A stretch of 58,098 nt of DNA, the filler included, from Barthelona sp. PAP020 (taxonomy: Eukaryota), in assembly GCA_040182905.1 (NCBI GenBank). It is 3 parts of 3 records of this genome, joined end to end, with 100 filler letters (N's around TTAATTAATTAA, not from the genome) between each part and the next. Parts side by side here need not be neighbours in the genome. Positions count along the whole stretch, not along the records: positions 38,821 to 58,098 come from JARQWU010000211.1; 2 more parts are not named here. One strand, 5' to 3'. The translations under genes were made by a program, and so were the position numbers. Positions 42,470-52,511 of this stretch are shown one piece after another. Each line of letters begins with the position of its first letter. Positions within the stretch are counted from its first letter, which is position 1. The notes beneath the pieces are model-generated. The model worked only from the letters and a program-made list of their open reading frames with translations. It did not search any database and was not told the origin of the DNA.

Positions 42470-43072
42470 CTGAAATATATCATTGTGTAACATTGAATTT
42501 TCCTTGTTTTCTTCAAACAAATTTGCAAATGTTGTTCATTTACTGTTGAATTGCTATTTTCATCATTAAATCCACAAATAGAGTAACTTTGAAGGAAACA
42601 GAAATCATTTGACATTCAAAGTACTATACGAAATCAATTTGATCTAAAAATGCAAAAAAACAAAGATAATAACGTTGAATTAAGATTCGTTAACAACAAG
42701 TAATTTCCTATTCTTTTTGGAACCTTTTTGTGAATTTACCCACAATATACAAAAAAAAAAAAACCCTTCACTTTTCATTCTTTTGAAGAATAAAATAGTG
42801 CAATGATTTCTTAAAATAGAAATAATGTCACTATCAATCAAAATACACTCAACAATACAGTGTGACGGCTTCATTAATCAGCAAATAATAAAGCATAAAA
42901 GTTTATCGTGAAAAAATAAATTAGACAGTGCAATAAGTTTTCACAATGTATACATCAATGAAAAAAAAATTTTGCTGCCTGAAAGAGGCAAAATACAAAA
43001 ACCAGAAAATAAAAGTCGCAGCAACGTCATAATATTGAAGATCAGGAACTACAACAAACTGCAGCAAATGGT

Positions 43073-43324
43073 TCAATCTGAATCAATCTCATCTAAAGTC
43101 ATTGGCAAAGTAAAATCTAAAAAATAGCTCAATGGTTCAACACTTTGAATTGTAAGTAACATGTTTTTAACGATTTCATTTTCATATTTTGGTTCATAAT
43201 TTTCAAAAGGTGGAATATAATCTATTTCAAGAAAATCATTGTCAAATGATTGGGTTGACAAATAATTTTTGGTATTTTGCTCTGAAAGATTCGAAATATT
43301 TTTTAAAGGAGTGTTGGCAAACAT
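43073..43324 (-). CDS. Small acidic protein (83 aa), securin candidate
   Basis: MFANTPLKNISN (D-box-like), LEIDYIPP (cf. fungal securin [DE]IEYMPP), acidic hydrophobic tail. Confidence 0.5.
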   Translation of the reverse strand: MFANTPLKNISNLSEQNTKNYLSTQSFDNDFLEIDYIPPFENYEPKYENEIVKNMLLTIQSVEPLSYFLDFTLPMTLDEIDSD

Positions 43325-43531
43325 CAAAAAAAAAAGAAACCCAACTTTTAACAAAAAAAAAAACAAGCCTTACAAATTCATTTCTCTTTTTATGAATAAT
43401 ATTATTTGTTTTATAAATGACACATTTAAAACGATGTTTTTATTTTGTTTCAAATTTACAATGAATTTACCTATTTATAATTTTTCATTAATTTTGTAGT
43501 TTTCCCAGATTATTTAATATTTTATTTAATT

Positions 43532-43822
43532 ATGAATACTTCTCAAACACAATATACTACTTCTGTAACTGATTCTTCAAAGTTGCCTGGACTTGTCACG
43601 AATTCAATTAAAAAAGTTGGATCTGGAGTCAAAAAAGGAATGTTTTGGGCTGGTGAAAAATTGGCATGGCATTTGGGTATTACTAAATCAAGATATCAAT
43701 TTGAATTGGACATGAATCAACTTGAGGAAGCGGTTTTGAGAAATCGAAGACGCCATGAAGCTAATGATAAGCTCGAAAAAAAAACTCAACAAATTTTCAA
43801 AAACCCCAGTTCTCAATTGTGA
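43532..43822 (+). CDS. FAM177-family protein
   Basis: GEKLAWHLGITKSRYQFELD matches the FAM177 core GEK.A..LGI...KYQY.ID. Confidence 0.75.
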   Translation: MNTSQTQYTTSVTDSSKLPGLVTNSIKKVGSGVKKGMFWAGEKLAWHLGITKSRYQFELDMNQLEEAVLRNRRRHEANDKLEKKTQQIFKNPSSQL

Positions 43823-44209
43823 TGTTTTGTTGCATCATTTTTTCCAACAGAGAAATATTTAATTTTTCGGTATTTGTCTATTTTTTTACACTTTGATTTA
43901 TTGTACACTCATACACACCCCCAAATTTGCATAAACCAATCAGCTCTTTTTTTGTGGAATTTGCAGAAACTTTTTGTTACTATCTTTGTTCCAATGCTTT
44001 ACAGTTATTGCCAATTTACTCGATGATCATCTTGAAAAGTATTATTTGCCACATACAAAGCATCAGTCAAATGAATTGCTAATGAAAAACCATTTGACAA
44101 AAAAACTTCCTTCAGTTGTTGGAATCAAAGTTATTGAATTTGCACAAAATCTCAAGATTGCTTCTTTTTCCCATTATAAACAAGAAGAAGAAAAAAAACA
44201 ACAATTTAT

Positions 44210-45046
44210 TTATTTATAATCAAACACATGAAAATAATATTCCTCATCATCGTGCGTCAAAACAAATATCATTTCCCTGTCAACGAGCATTTGCAATAAA
44301 TGCGTGACAATTGGAATTGATAAATGAGCCATTTTCGAAACATCTTGAACAACGTACCCACAAAAGGGATTGTTTCTGAATACTTGAAAAACTGAAAAAA
44401 TTCTCAAACTTGAATCACCAATTCGAAAAGAGGAGGGAAATTTGAGAATATCAAACGGATTATTTTCCAAATTTACAGGCACATGAACAAACACTTCATT
44501 TCCAATATTGATAGCATTTGTGTCATCAATAATCTCATGATTATTGGAAACAATCACATCTTCAAAAGATTCATCAAATAATTGAATACCACACAAATTT
44601 TCCTTATTTTTTTTAATTTTTGTAGTTTTAGGTGGAGAAATAATAAATTCATCATATGGTCTTTTCACACTCAAAAGTGCAGTACGAAGTACAGTTGTTT
44701 TATCAATTTCCCCATTTTTTGTTGGTGTGTTAAATATTGCAGGACTATTAGATACCGGACAAAATATAGAATTTGAATTTGGCGAACCAATTTCAAGTGC
44801 AAACGACGATATTTGTGATTTAATGGCTTTTTCTATACATTGACATTTCATTGACTGTTTTTCAAAATCTTCCAATAATCTTTGCCCAATAATTAAGTGG
44901 TTCTTAACTTTTTCATCATCAATTAATTCATTTGAAAGTTTTTCCATGACATTTGTCAATTCATTCACATTTTTCAGTTTTTCTTCCAGTATTTTTGAAA
45001 GATTCACCAAATCAGAAATGGTTTCAACAAGTAAATTCATTTTCAT
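44210..45046 (-). CDS. Hypothetical protein: N-terminal coiled coil, S/TP-rich linker, C-terminal winged helix (Ska-like candidate)
   Basis: Heptads over the first ~80 aa; SPNS, TPTK, SPPK; C-terminus VQDVSKMAHLSIPIVTHLLQMLVDREMIF...YY. Confidence 0.6.
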   Translation of the reverse strand: MKMNLLVETISDLVNLSKILEEKLKNVNELTNVMEKLSNELIDDEKVKNHLIIGQRLLEDFEKQSMKCQCIEKAIKSQISSFALEIGSPNSNSIFCPVSNSPAIFNTPTKNGEIDKTTVLRTALLSVKRPYDEFIISPPKTTKIKKNKENLCGIQLFDESFEDVIVSNNHEIIDDTNAINIGNEVFVHVPVNLENNPFDILKFPSSFRIGDSSLRIFSVFQVFRNNPFCGYVVQDVSKMAHLSIPIVTHLLQMLVDREMIFVLTHDDEEYYFHVFDYK

Positions 45047-45202
45047 TTTTTTTTTTGGTTTTAATTTTTCAATAATTATTTATTCGTTTATGATCTAATG
45101 TAAAAAGTAGAAAAAAAAGAAAATGAAAATTGATTGATTTCAACACAAACAAATTTGTGAAAAAATTAAATTTGTTGACTTTTTTTTACCCTTTTTTTTT
45201 CA

Positions 45203-45955
45203 ATGAAAGTTGCTTGCACCTTTTGTATTTTATTAGTTTTGTCTGCCGTTTATGCGAGTGGACAGCGTTATGGTTCTCATTTCGGAAAACCTCGCCAATT
45301 TCAGGAAGCATGTCCTCATTTTTGTTATTCCGCTGAACATGGTGCTGTATATTGTGTTATGAAATGTCAAAATATTGAATCTGTTCTTTATCGTCATTAT
45401 TCTCGTCCACGTGATTTTTTGGTCAGAGAACGTCAATCAAGAATTAATTTTATGGAAAGACGTGATGCTCATCGAAATTTTGTTCTTTCCAGGACTGAAA
45501 ATGTGGCTCAAACCATTCCAATGCATGTTCCTCAAAGACAACATTATCGTAGAGCATTTGAATTTGAGCAAATGAAATCTTTCGCCCATTATTCTAAGAT
45601 TCGTTCTCAACCTTTCAATTTTCATGGACCTTCTCCCCAACATTTCCGTCGTGCCGAAGATATGAATAAGATGGGTTCTTTACATGAACCTCGTCGTCAA
45701 ATGCATCGTCATCCTGATTTGTCTCCTTATGAAGCTCGTGCTGAGATGAGAAATATGATGAATAAGAACATTCATAAACATCAAACCAATTTGTTTGTCA
45801 ATAAGGTTCCTCATCAAGCACATCATGCTAGAGCTGCTCATTTTCAACAAGCTAGAGGATTTGTTCACAATTCCATGGCCAGACAATTTGAAATGAAAGC
45901 ACACCAACCCCAACCACAATATGTTGCTCATGCTCAACAAAAGCTTGTCAACTGA
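45203..45955 (+). CDS. Secreted His/Arg/Gln-rich protein
   Basis: Signal peptide; CPHFC...C..KC; basic low-complexity body with HYRRA, HFRRA, HFQQA. Confidence 0.75.
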   Translation: MKVACTFCILLVLSAVYASGQRYGSHFGKPRQFQEACPHFCYSAEHGAVYCVMKCQNIESVLYRHYSRPRDFLVRERQSRINFMERRDAHRNFVLSRTENVAQTIPMHVPQRQHYRRAFEFEQMKSFAHYSKIRSQPFNFHGPSPQHFRRAEDMNKMGSLHEPRRQMHRHPDLSPYEARAEMRNMMNKNIHKHQTNLFVNKVPHQAHHARAAHFQQARGFVHNSMARQFEMKAHQPQPQYVAHAQQKLVN

Positions 45956-46123
45956 CTGAATGAAAAGGGTAACATATTGTAGTTTGAAAAGTTTTCATCA
46001 TTGTTTATAAAATTTTAGAAAAATTAGATTTTTTTTCGCACATGCAACATACAAAATGGTGAAAGTTGAAAAAAAACTGTCACCCAAAGAAAACATGAGG
46101 ATCATTAAAAAAAGATAAAACAT

Positions 46124-46771
46124 TTATTCAAAGTCTTTTGCCTTTGGACTAATTTCCATGAATTCAGTCACAACTGAATGAACATTAACTAAGTCTTCAA
46201 TTTCGGGATCAGGAATTGGTGAGTTTCTATCAATAGAGCTAATACTCATACATCCATCCTTGTTTTCATTTGCTTCTGATTTTTTTTTGACGATTGGCGT
46301 AAATTTTGGAGTATTCTTTGATGAAATATAAAATTCGACATAATTCAGTCTTCTAAATCCAATGATAGTAGGAATGTGTAATAAACAAGCGAATCCCCAA
46401 TAAATAGCGATGGCTAAAGAAGAATCAACCCTGCTACTGTAATCAACAGTACTTCCATTTGTCACCAATGTGCTAACAGCTTTACCATATCCATATGCTT
46501 GACAAAATAAAATACTGTCAAAGGTGCCCAAAATAGCTGCTCCAATAAAACCAATCCATTGTAATTTCTTTGAATTTAAAAATAGAAAAAGTTGGGGGAC
46601 ATTTGCTAAAATATTAAGAATGGCTACAATTCTATGATAATAATGATATAATGAATAGTTTGGAAATAAAAATAAACCCACCGCAAGAATTAAAAAAATC
46701 CCAGTCTGCACAATTGATATCCACCAAATTCCTTTCACTTGTTTGGATACATTAGAATCAAATAATCTCAT
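46124..46771 (-). CDS. Four-transmembrane membrane protein
   Basis: Four hydrophobic segments followed by a hydrophilic C-terminal tail. Confidence 0.7.
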   Translation of the reverse strand: MRLFDSNVSKQVKGIWWISIVQTGIFLILAVGLFLFPNYSLYHYYHRIVAILNILANVPQLFLFLNSKKLQWIGFIGAAILGTFDSILFCQAYGYGKAVSTLVTNGSTVDYSSRVDSSLAIAIYWGFACLLHIPTIIGFRRLNYVEFYISSKNTPKFTPIVKKKSEANENKDGCMSISSIDRNSPIPDPEIEDLVNVHSVVTEFMEISPKAKDFE

Positions 46772-46833
46772 TTTTCAATTGAAAATAACATCAAAAAAGA
46801 AAAAAAAAACAACAGATTATTTATTGAAATACA

Positions 46834-47280
46834 ATGGGAACCAAAGATCAGGTTGAGCGATTAAAGTACAAAAAACGTCATCAATATTATGACAGGTCGA
46901 AAACAATGTCGAAATATTTCAAAACCAAGAAACAAAGCAACAAGGAAAAATCTGATGAGATTGAACAAAAAACAGTAACAATAGAACCATTAGAAGGAGA
47001 CCAAATAATGGATAAAGTTCCAAAATATAAGCAGAAGCGAAGAAACGCAATAAGCAACAGTGATTTTCTTTCAGAGGCATACGAAACATACCGCACAAAA
47101 AATGAACAGCATTTAGAAGAAATATCAGCCAAACGGGAAAAACTAAGAAAAGGAACCACAAAGAAGAGTTTGTTAAAGAAAGGAAAAAGTGGACAAATTA
47201 GCATGTCTGCCGTATCTAAACATTTATTGAGAAAAATTCAAAACAATGAAAAATATTCCAGAGTTAAACCTCAGAAATAG
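46834..47280 (+). CDS. rRNA-processing protein, FYV7/TAP26 (CCDC59)-like
   Basis: Lys-rich; C-terminal LLKKGKSGQISM....HLLRKIQ resembles the family motif K...GQP.M...I..LL.KIQ. Confidence 0.65.
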   Translation: MGTKDQVERLKYKKRHQYYDRSKTMSKYFKTKKQSNKEKSDEIEQKTVTIEPLEGDQIMDKVPKYKQKRRNAISNSDFLSEAYETYRTKNEQHLEEISAKREKLRKGTTKKSLLKKGKSGQISMSAVSKHLLRKIQNNEKYSRVKPQK

Positions 47281-47357
47281 TCTTCTGACAAACTAGTCAA
47301 AACAAAATAAACATATCATTTATCAAACCGCATTCTTTTTTTTTAATAGTAATGTTG

Positions 47358-48245
47358 CTAGTTGGAAACACTTTCACCAAACCATTGTCTGGTTTTAGCA
47401 TTATTCATGTAAGGTCTTAATGACCATTCAATATCTACTTCTTGCATATCCATAGTGCCCAATTTAATCATATAAGGTTTCATTTCAAATCTTGGACCGA
47501 TCTCTGCCAATTTTATTTTGCTATTCACAGGATCTTTGCTGTATATGTGATGTCTGAAGGAAATAAAATCATTTCTGTTGGCAAATGTCATCACACGTCT
47601 CGTATCTTGTCTATTTGGAACAGGGAATAGATGTTTTAAAATCCTTGTCAATCTAAAACCAAGATTCGTTGTAAAATTATCAAAAACTAAATGAGGAAAG
47701 GCTTCAGAGACCTTTTGATTTGGATCTAAGTCATGCCTTAAAATAACACCATGTAGACCAAAATATGCAGTTGGTCCATGTGGCATATGCGAAATAATCA
47801 TTCCATCAGGATTTCCCTGCGTTTCATGTACTACTATTAAATCACTGATTTCATTTCTAATGCAATATTGTACCAATTCAGGAACAATAATTCCTCCTCT
47901 GTTCAATCTTTCAGACATTGGAAATATAAGTCTTAATTCTTTACTAAACTGTAACAATCTATTTGAAGGATCTCGTGATGTTGTAATAAGTACTTTTGGA
48001 TTGTTTCTTGTTGCAGTAATATACTCATCTTCAATCAAATGTTCACCTGACATGGTTCTTTCATCCTCATTTATCATCTGTCTTGATAATTCAGGTTCAA
48101 CTAATGCAACATCACCAGCTAAATGTTTGCCATTTATCCAACTATCGCGAATTCTTGCTTTGTTGTCTAATTTAGCTTTTTCTCGGTCAGCAACTTGTTT
48201 CTTATAAACGTAATCTTTCCGTAATCGATTAATTTTGCGATACAT
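47358..48245 (-). CDS. IMP4: U3 snoRNP protein IMP4 (Brix domain)
   Basis: RLRKDYVYKK, PKVLITTSRDPS.RL.QFSKEL, HE..G.PDG.IISH.PHGPTAYF, FANRNDFISFRHH, LAEIGPRFEM, EW.LRPYMN. Confidence 0.95.
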   Translation of the reverse strand: MYRKINRLRKDYVYKKQVADREKAKLDNKARIRDSWINGKHLAGDVALVEPELSRQMINEDERTMSGEHLIEDEYITATRNNPKVLITTSRDPSNRLLQFSKELRLIFPMSERLNRGGIIVPELVQYCIRNEISDLIVVHETQGNPDGMIISHMPHGPTAYFGLHGVILRHDLDPNQKVSEAFPHLVFDNFTTNLGFRLTRILKHLFPVPNRQDTRRVMTFANRNDFISFRHHIYSKDPVNSKIKLAEIGPRFEMKPYMIKLGTMDMQEVDIEWSLRPYMNNAKTRQWFGESVSN

Positions 48246-48321
48246 TTGATAAAAAATTAGTGGTTCTATTCTTGACAAAAAAATTTTTTGAATCTCTTTT
48301 TATTCCATCAAATTGGCTTTA

Positions 48322-49275
48322 ATGGATTACGGATTACATTTAGGAAATGAAGCGAAAGCTCATTTGGATGCATATATTGAGTATGTCAATGTTACTGGTT
48401 ATGATGGGGAAAGTCAAATGATGACTGAACAACAATACGAAGAATATAAACAGAATGCACACGAACGTGAAAAAAATCGACTTTATGTTACATGGAGAAA
48501 TGAAAATGGTGTAGATTGCAAGAGTATTGGTCCTTCATCGAAATGCTTTTGTGGTCATAGGTTCAAACAGCATTATTCGGACAATAAAGCCAAAAACACA
48601 GGTTGTAAAGTTCCGGGATGTCAATGTGCTTGTTTCAGGTATATTCCAGTTCATGGAAGTCAAGAACTAAGATGCACTGAATGTAAACATCCCACTGATG
48701 ATCATCGAAAAATCGAACCCTTTAATTGTATGAAGGGTAAATGTAGGTGTTCTGGATTTTCATCAAGATTTCAATGTTCTTGTGGTTTATATTTTGATCA
48801 ACATCAAACTGTTGTTCAAACACGTGAGGAACGTGAGACGGAAGGTCGACCTGTTACAAACCTTTTGGATGCAGGAAATCATTATGCGAATTTGGGGGCT
48901 GTAACTGATTTTACTTCTCTTGCAGACGGTAATGAAAGAATGGCACTTCCAGGACCTGGTTATCACAATGAATTACCCCAACGAAAGTTGACTATGGAAG
49001 AAGAAATGGCTATTTACGAAAAAGGATACCAACAACGCCTCCGTGAATCTAAAAATGGAAAAGTGAGACCTATTCAAGAAAGAAATGTATCCAAAAGGCA
49101 AGTTGAAACAAGAAACAAAAAATCTGAATCAATGAGATTGAGAGAGAATGAATTTGAAGAGCTACAAAGAATGCAAATGAATCTCAATAGCAGTAAGAAT
49201 CAAAAGAATCGCAATAATATTGTAAATCAAAATCCTTCAGACACGCCTAACACACGACAATCTTTCTATTGGTAA
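48322..49275 (+). CDS. FAM221A-like Cys-rich protein
   Basis: LDAYIEY...G.D....MT..QYEEYK, NRLYVTW..GVDCK.IGP.S.CFCGHRFKQH, C.C.GF.S.F.CSCG. Confidence 0.85.
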   Translation: MDYGLHLGNEAKAHLDAYIEYVNVTGYDGESQMMTEQQYEEYKQNAHEREKNRLYVTWRNENGVDCKSIGPSSKCFCGHRFKQHYSDNKAKNTGCKVPGCQCACFRYIPVHGSQELRCTECKHPTDDHRKIEPFNCMKGKCRCSGFSSRFQCSCGLYFDQHQTVVQTREERETEGRPVTNLLDAGNHYANLGAVTDFTSLADGNERMALPGPGYHNELPQRKLTMEEEMAIYEKGYQQRLRESKNGKVRPIQERNVSKRQVETRNKKSESMRLRENEFEELQRMQMNLNSSKNQKNRNNIVNQNPSDTPNTRQSFYW

Positions 49276-49471
49276 ATATAGGAGTGAATTTTTTTTTATA
49301 TTCAGGTTTTTAAAAGTGAAGAAATTTGATCATAAATTTTTTCCATTTAAAAGCGCTTTGATCTTTCTTTAACTTAAAACAAAGCAAATGTGAAAAAAAA
49401 AACATTTTGTCATTTCATACCAAAATGCAATGAAAATTTTTTACGTAGACTAAAACAAGAGAAATATGTTA

Positions 49472-50194
49472 TTACCTTTTCTTTGGATTTTTTTTAAAAT
49501 CAGGTCTGTGAATTTTTTTATTGCTTCGTTTTTTATCTTTCCAGTGGCTTTTTTTTCTTTGATCCATTTCTATCATTGGTTCTCTTTTTAAATTTGATAA
49601 TCTTTGACATTCAAAACTGGCATGACGTCCACCACATATGTAACAAGATAAATTTTTGTCAGAATTGGAAGTGTTTACACATTCTCTTGACAGATGTTCA
49701 TAAGATCCACAATAAATACAAAAAGGATTTGATAAAATGTGACATTCATCTTCACAATGGTTTCCTAAACACCAAGGACAAAACATTTCAACCCTAACGC
49801 GCGAAGTACACTTTCTTGCACTGTGTCCACTTTTACCACAATTGAAACAAAAATGGTTAGGACAATCTTTCACATTATGGGATCCACCACAATGAAAACA
49901 TGCATGTTTTGCCATAAACGCGGGATTATAATCCATTGATTTTTTGTTGGGATTCGAATACTTTGCAGCTAAAGAATCAAGATCTAACGTTTCACTTTCA
50001 TCAGAAGATTGGCAATTTAAATCATCAATATCACTCTGTTTGTGAGAAGTTTCATCTGAATAGTCTTTCAATTCCTCTTCTTCATCAGATGAATCTTCTT
50101 CCTCAGATGAAATTTCGTTATTTTGCATCTTTTCCATTCCATTCTTGGTTAAGTTATCTTCATAATCGAAGAAATCATCATCCGACTCATTCAT
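49472..50194 (-). CDS. Five-CCHC zinc-knuckle protein (AIR1/2, ZCCHC7-like)
   Basis: Five CX2CX3-4HX4C motifs after an acidic N-terminus; basic tail. Confidence 0.75.
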   Translation of the reverse strand: MNESDDDFFDYEDNLTKNGMEKMQNNEISSEEEDSSDEEEELKDYSDETSHKQSDIDDLNCQSSDESETLDLDSLAAKYSNPNKKSMDYNPAFMAKHACFHCGGSHNVKDCPNHFCFNCGKSGHSARKCTSRVRVEMFCPWCLGNHCEDECHILSNPFCIYCGSYEHLSRECVNTSNSDKNLSCYICGGRHASFECQRLSNLKREPMIEMDQRKKSHWKDKKRSNKKIHRPDFKKNPKKR

Positions 50195-50233
50195 TCTAAA
50201 AAAAAAAGTTCTTTGTTCTATTTTATTTCTTTC

Positions 50234-51019
50234 ATGTCTGTCAGATGTAATAATGTATTTAATGAGTTGATAACAATAGAATTAGTTGATTCTGTTGTTA
50301 ATTTAATAGAAGAGCACAAAATTGAATCTATTGCTTTTGAAGCATGTCGTTTTTCATCCAAAGAAGATTTTCTTTTGTTCAAAACTGTATTAAACTCTCC
50401 AATTACTCGTTTCGAATTGTCATATTGTCATTTGGATTCAGACACACTGAAAACACTTGTTGATTTATTTTTAGTCTCACATTTAACTCACCTTACTTTA
50501 TGTTTTGTTGATATAAATAATGATATGCTCCCCATAATTCAACCTTTGTTGAGCAAATTGAAATTCCTAAGTTTGGAAAACAATCATCATTTGACAGAAA
50601 TCACTTTAGATTTTTCAAATTGTACATTAACCCATCTGGATTTATCTAATTGTCCTATTCAAACCAAAGGATTTTTATCATTGTTGAAATCTATTAATTC
50701 TTCAATGGTTTCTATAAGATTAACTGGTTGTGGAATAAATGAAGAAATTAATGATGATTTATCCCTTTTTCTGTTAAATAATCACACTCTCACACATTTA
50801 TATTTGAATGAAAACGAAATTTGTTCTGAAAATGATGGAAAACGTACTGTATTTTTAAAAAATGTTTTTAAACAGACTTCAGATTTTGAACCAAATTTGA
50901 CACTTCAGGTTTTAGATATTCGTCGAAATCCTTTATCCACAAAAAATAAGCGTTTAATTCACAGTCAATGGCATTCGACAAAGCGAAATGGTGAATTACT
51001 GGCAATCAATCCAATGTAA
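50234..51019 (+). CDS. RNI-like leucine-rich repeat protein
   Basis: LTHLDLSNCPI, LTHLYLNENEI, LQVLDIRRNPL. Confidence 0.85.
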   Translation: MSVRCNNVFNELITIELVDSVVNLIEEHKIESIAFEACRFSSKEDFLLFKTVLNSPITRFELSYCHLDSDTLKTLVDLFLVSHLTHLTLCFVDINNDMLPIIQPLLSKLKFLSLENNHHLTEITLDFSNCTLTHLDLSNCPIQTKGFLSLLKSINSSMVSIRLTGCGINEEINDDLSLFLLNNHTLTHLYLNENEICSENDGKRTVFLKNVFKQTSDFEPNLTLQVLDIRRNPLSTKNKRLIHSQWHSTKRNGELLAINPM

Positions 51020-51154
51020 ATGTTTAAATAATTCTAAAAACTTATTCTTATTGTTTATTTATATTTTTGTCTATTTGATGGACTGACAGAAGATGTTGGC
51101 ATCTCTTTATACAAAAAAAAATCTTTTGCCTGCATTTTTATCCTCATCAAAAAC

Positions 51155-51875
51155 ATGAATTTTCGTTGCAATGTGTGTTATGGTGAACTGTATGAGGGTT
51201 CTATTTTTACATCATGTGGTCATTTTTTATGTCCTAAATGTATCAACACCGAAAACTTTGAAAATTTCAAATGTCCAGTAGATGGTACAATTTGCAATGT
51301 AATAGAAATAACAAATGTATTATATTAATTTTATATTTAAAAAAATTCACTAACAATAGAATAATGAAATTCCATCCACAATTCAACACTATTTTGAAAA
51401 TCCTTTGGACATGTTGAAAAAAATCCCAAAAGTACTTGAATTTCAAAATAAGCATGCAAAAGAGTACATAAATTTCCTTGAAAATAATCTAAAACAAAAA
51501 GAAAACAAAATACAAAAATTAGAAGCTGAAATTGTTGACTTGAAGGCTAAATTGATAAAAGAAAATGAACCTCACAAATCTTCAACCAATAGAACACTAT
51601 TTACCCCAAAACAGGAAGCAAACGAAGACTTCCAATTAATTCCAACAAATTTCTTTGCTTCAACTTCAACACCACAAATGAAAAATAGAATTGGGTTAAG
51701 ACCAAATAGTGGAAGAGTGTTTCAATCTTCAAACAAAAAAACAACAGAAAATATAAAAAGAGCACCGAAATCGAATGATAACATATACACACAATTTAAT
51801 ACAAATATTTCATCAATATTTCATGATAATCGCCCAAAAACTGGAATAAGAGATCGGTTTTCAAGACTTAAATAA
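51155..51875 (+). CDS. RNF212: Meiotic RING E3 ligase, RNF212/Zip3 family (HEI10 less likely); exons 51155-51316 and 51360-51875, 225 aa
   Basis: Exon 1 MNFRCNVCYGEL...TSCGHFLCPKC...KCPVDGTIC; spliced to IQHYFENPLDMLKK..KVLEFQNKH (cf. RNF212 IQAFF...LEFQEKH); coiled coil; S/T/P-rich tail. Confidence 0.78.
51317..51359 (+). other. 43-nt spliceosomal intron
   Basis: GTATTA...CACTAACAATAG; phase 0; removal joins the RING exon in frame with the downstream ORF. Confidence 0.88.
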
Positions 51876-51913
51876 AAATAAAAGTAAATATGTTTTTTTT
51901 GTTATTTATAATA

Positions 51914-52435
51914 TTAATAAGCATTTGACATTTCCATAATTCTGAAAAATTCTTCTTCATTGATTACACCATCTTCATCTTTATCAAATTCATCAATCAT
52001 TGCTTGTAATTCTTCATCTGGAATGTTATGCCCTAATTCACGGGCAACATGTCGCAAATTACTAAGAGAAATAGCACCAGTTCCATCTTGATCAAAAAGA
52101 TTGAATGCAGTCATCATAAATTCTTTAGGATCCCTTTCGGCTATTTTTTGAGACATAACTTCGGTAAAATCTTGCAAATTGATGGTGCTTGAACCATCTC
52201 TGTCATACTCTTCAATAATTCTAACAACTTCTGCTCTTTTTGCATCCAAACCTAAAGCTTTCATGGCTACTTTTAATTCATGGTAACCAATAGAACCAGT
52301 TTTGTCAATATCAAACAATTCAAAAGCATCTTTGATTTCATTTTTTTGTTCTTCCGAAATTTCATTTCTTTTGGCTTTTCTTGATTTAGGTTTTGGAGTT
52401 AAAGAAAAACCAGAAGACTTAAAGTTAAAGGACAT
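51914..52435 (-). CDS. CETN3: Centrin (centrin-3/Cdc31 type), 173 aa
   Basis: EEQKNEIKDAFELFD, YHELKVAM, ERDP, ISL.NL..VARELG, ELQAMIDEFDKD.DG.INEEEF; ATG at 52435. Confidence 0.88.
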   Translation of the reverse strand: MSFNFKSSGFSLTPKPKSRKAKRNEISEEQKNEIKDAFELFDIDKTGSIGYHELKVAMKALGLDAKRAEVVRIIEEYDRDGSSTINLQDFTEVMSQKIAERDPKEFMMTAFNLFDQDGTGAISLSNLRHVARELGHNIPDEELQAMIDEFDKDEDGVINEEEFFRIMEMSNAY

Positions 52436-52511
52436 AATACAGGTAAAAAAGAAAAAATGAAATCCTGCCGCTATTTTCTTTTTTCTTCGAATTGATGCAT
52501 ATTTGAAATTA

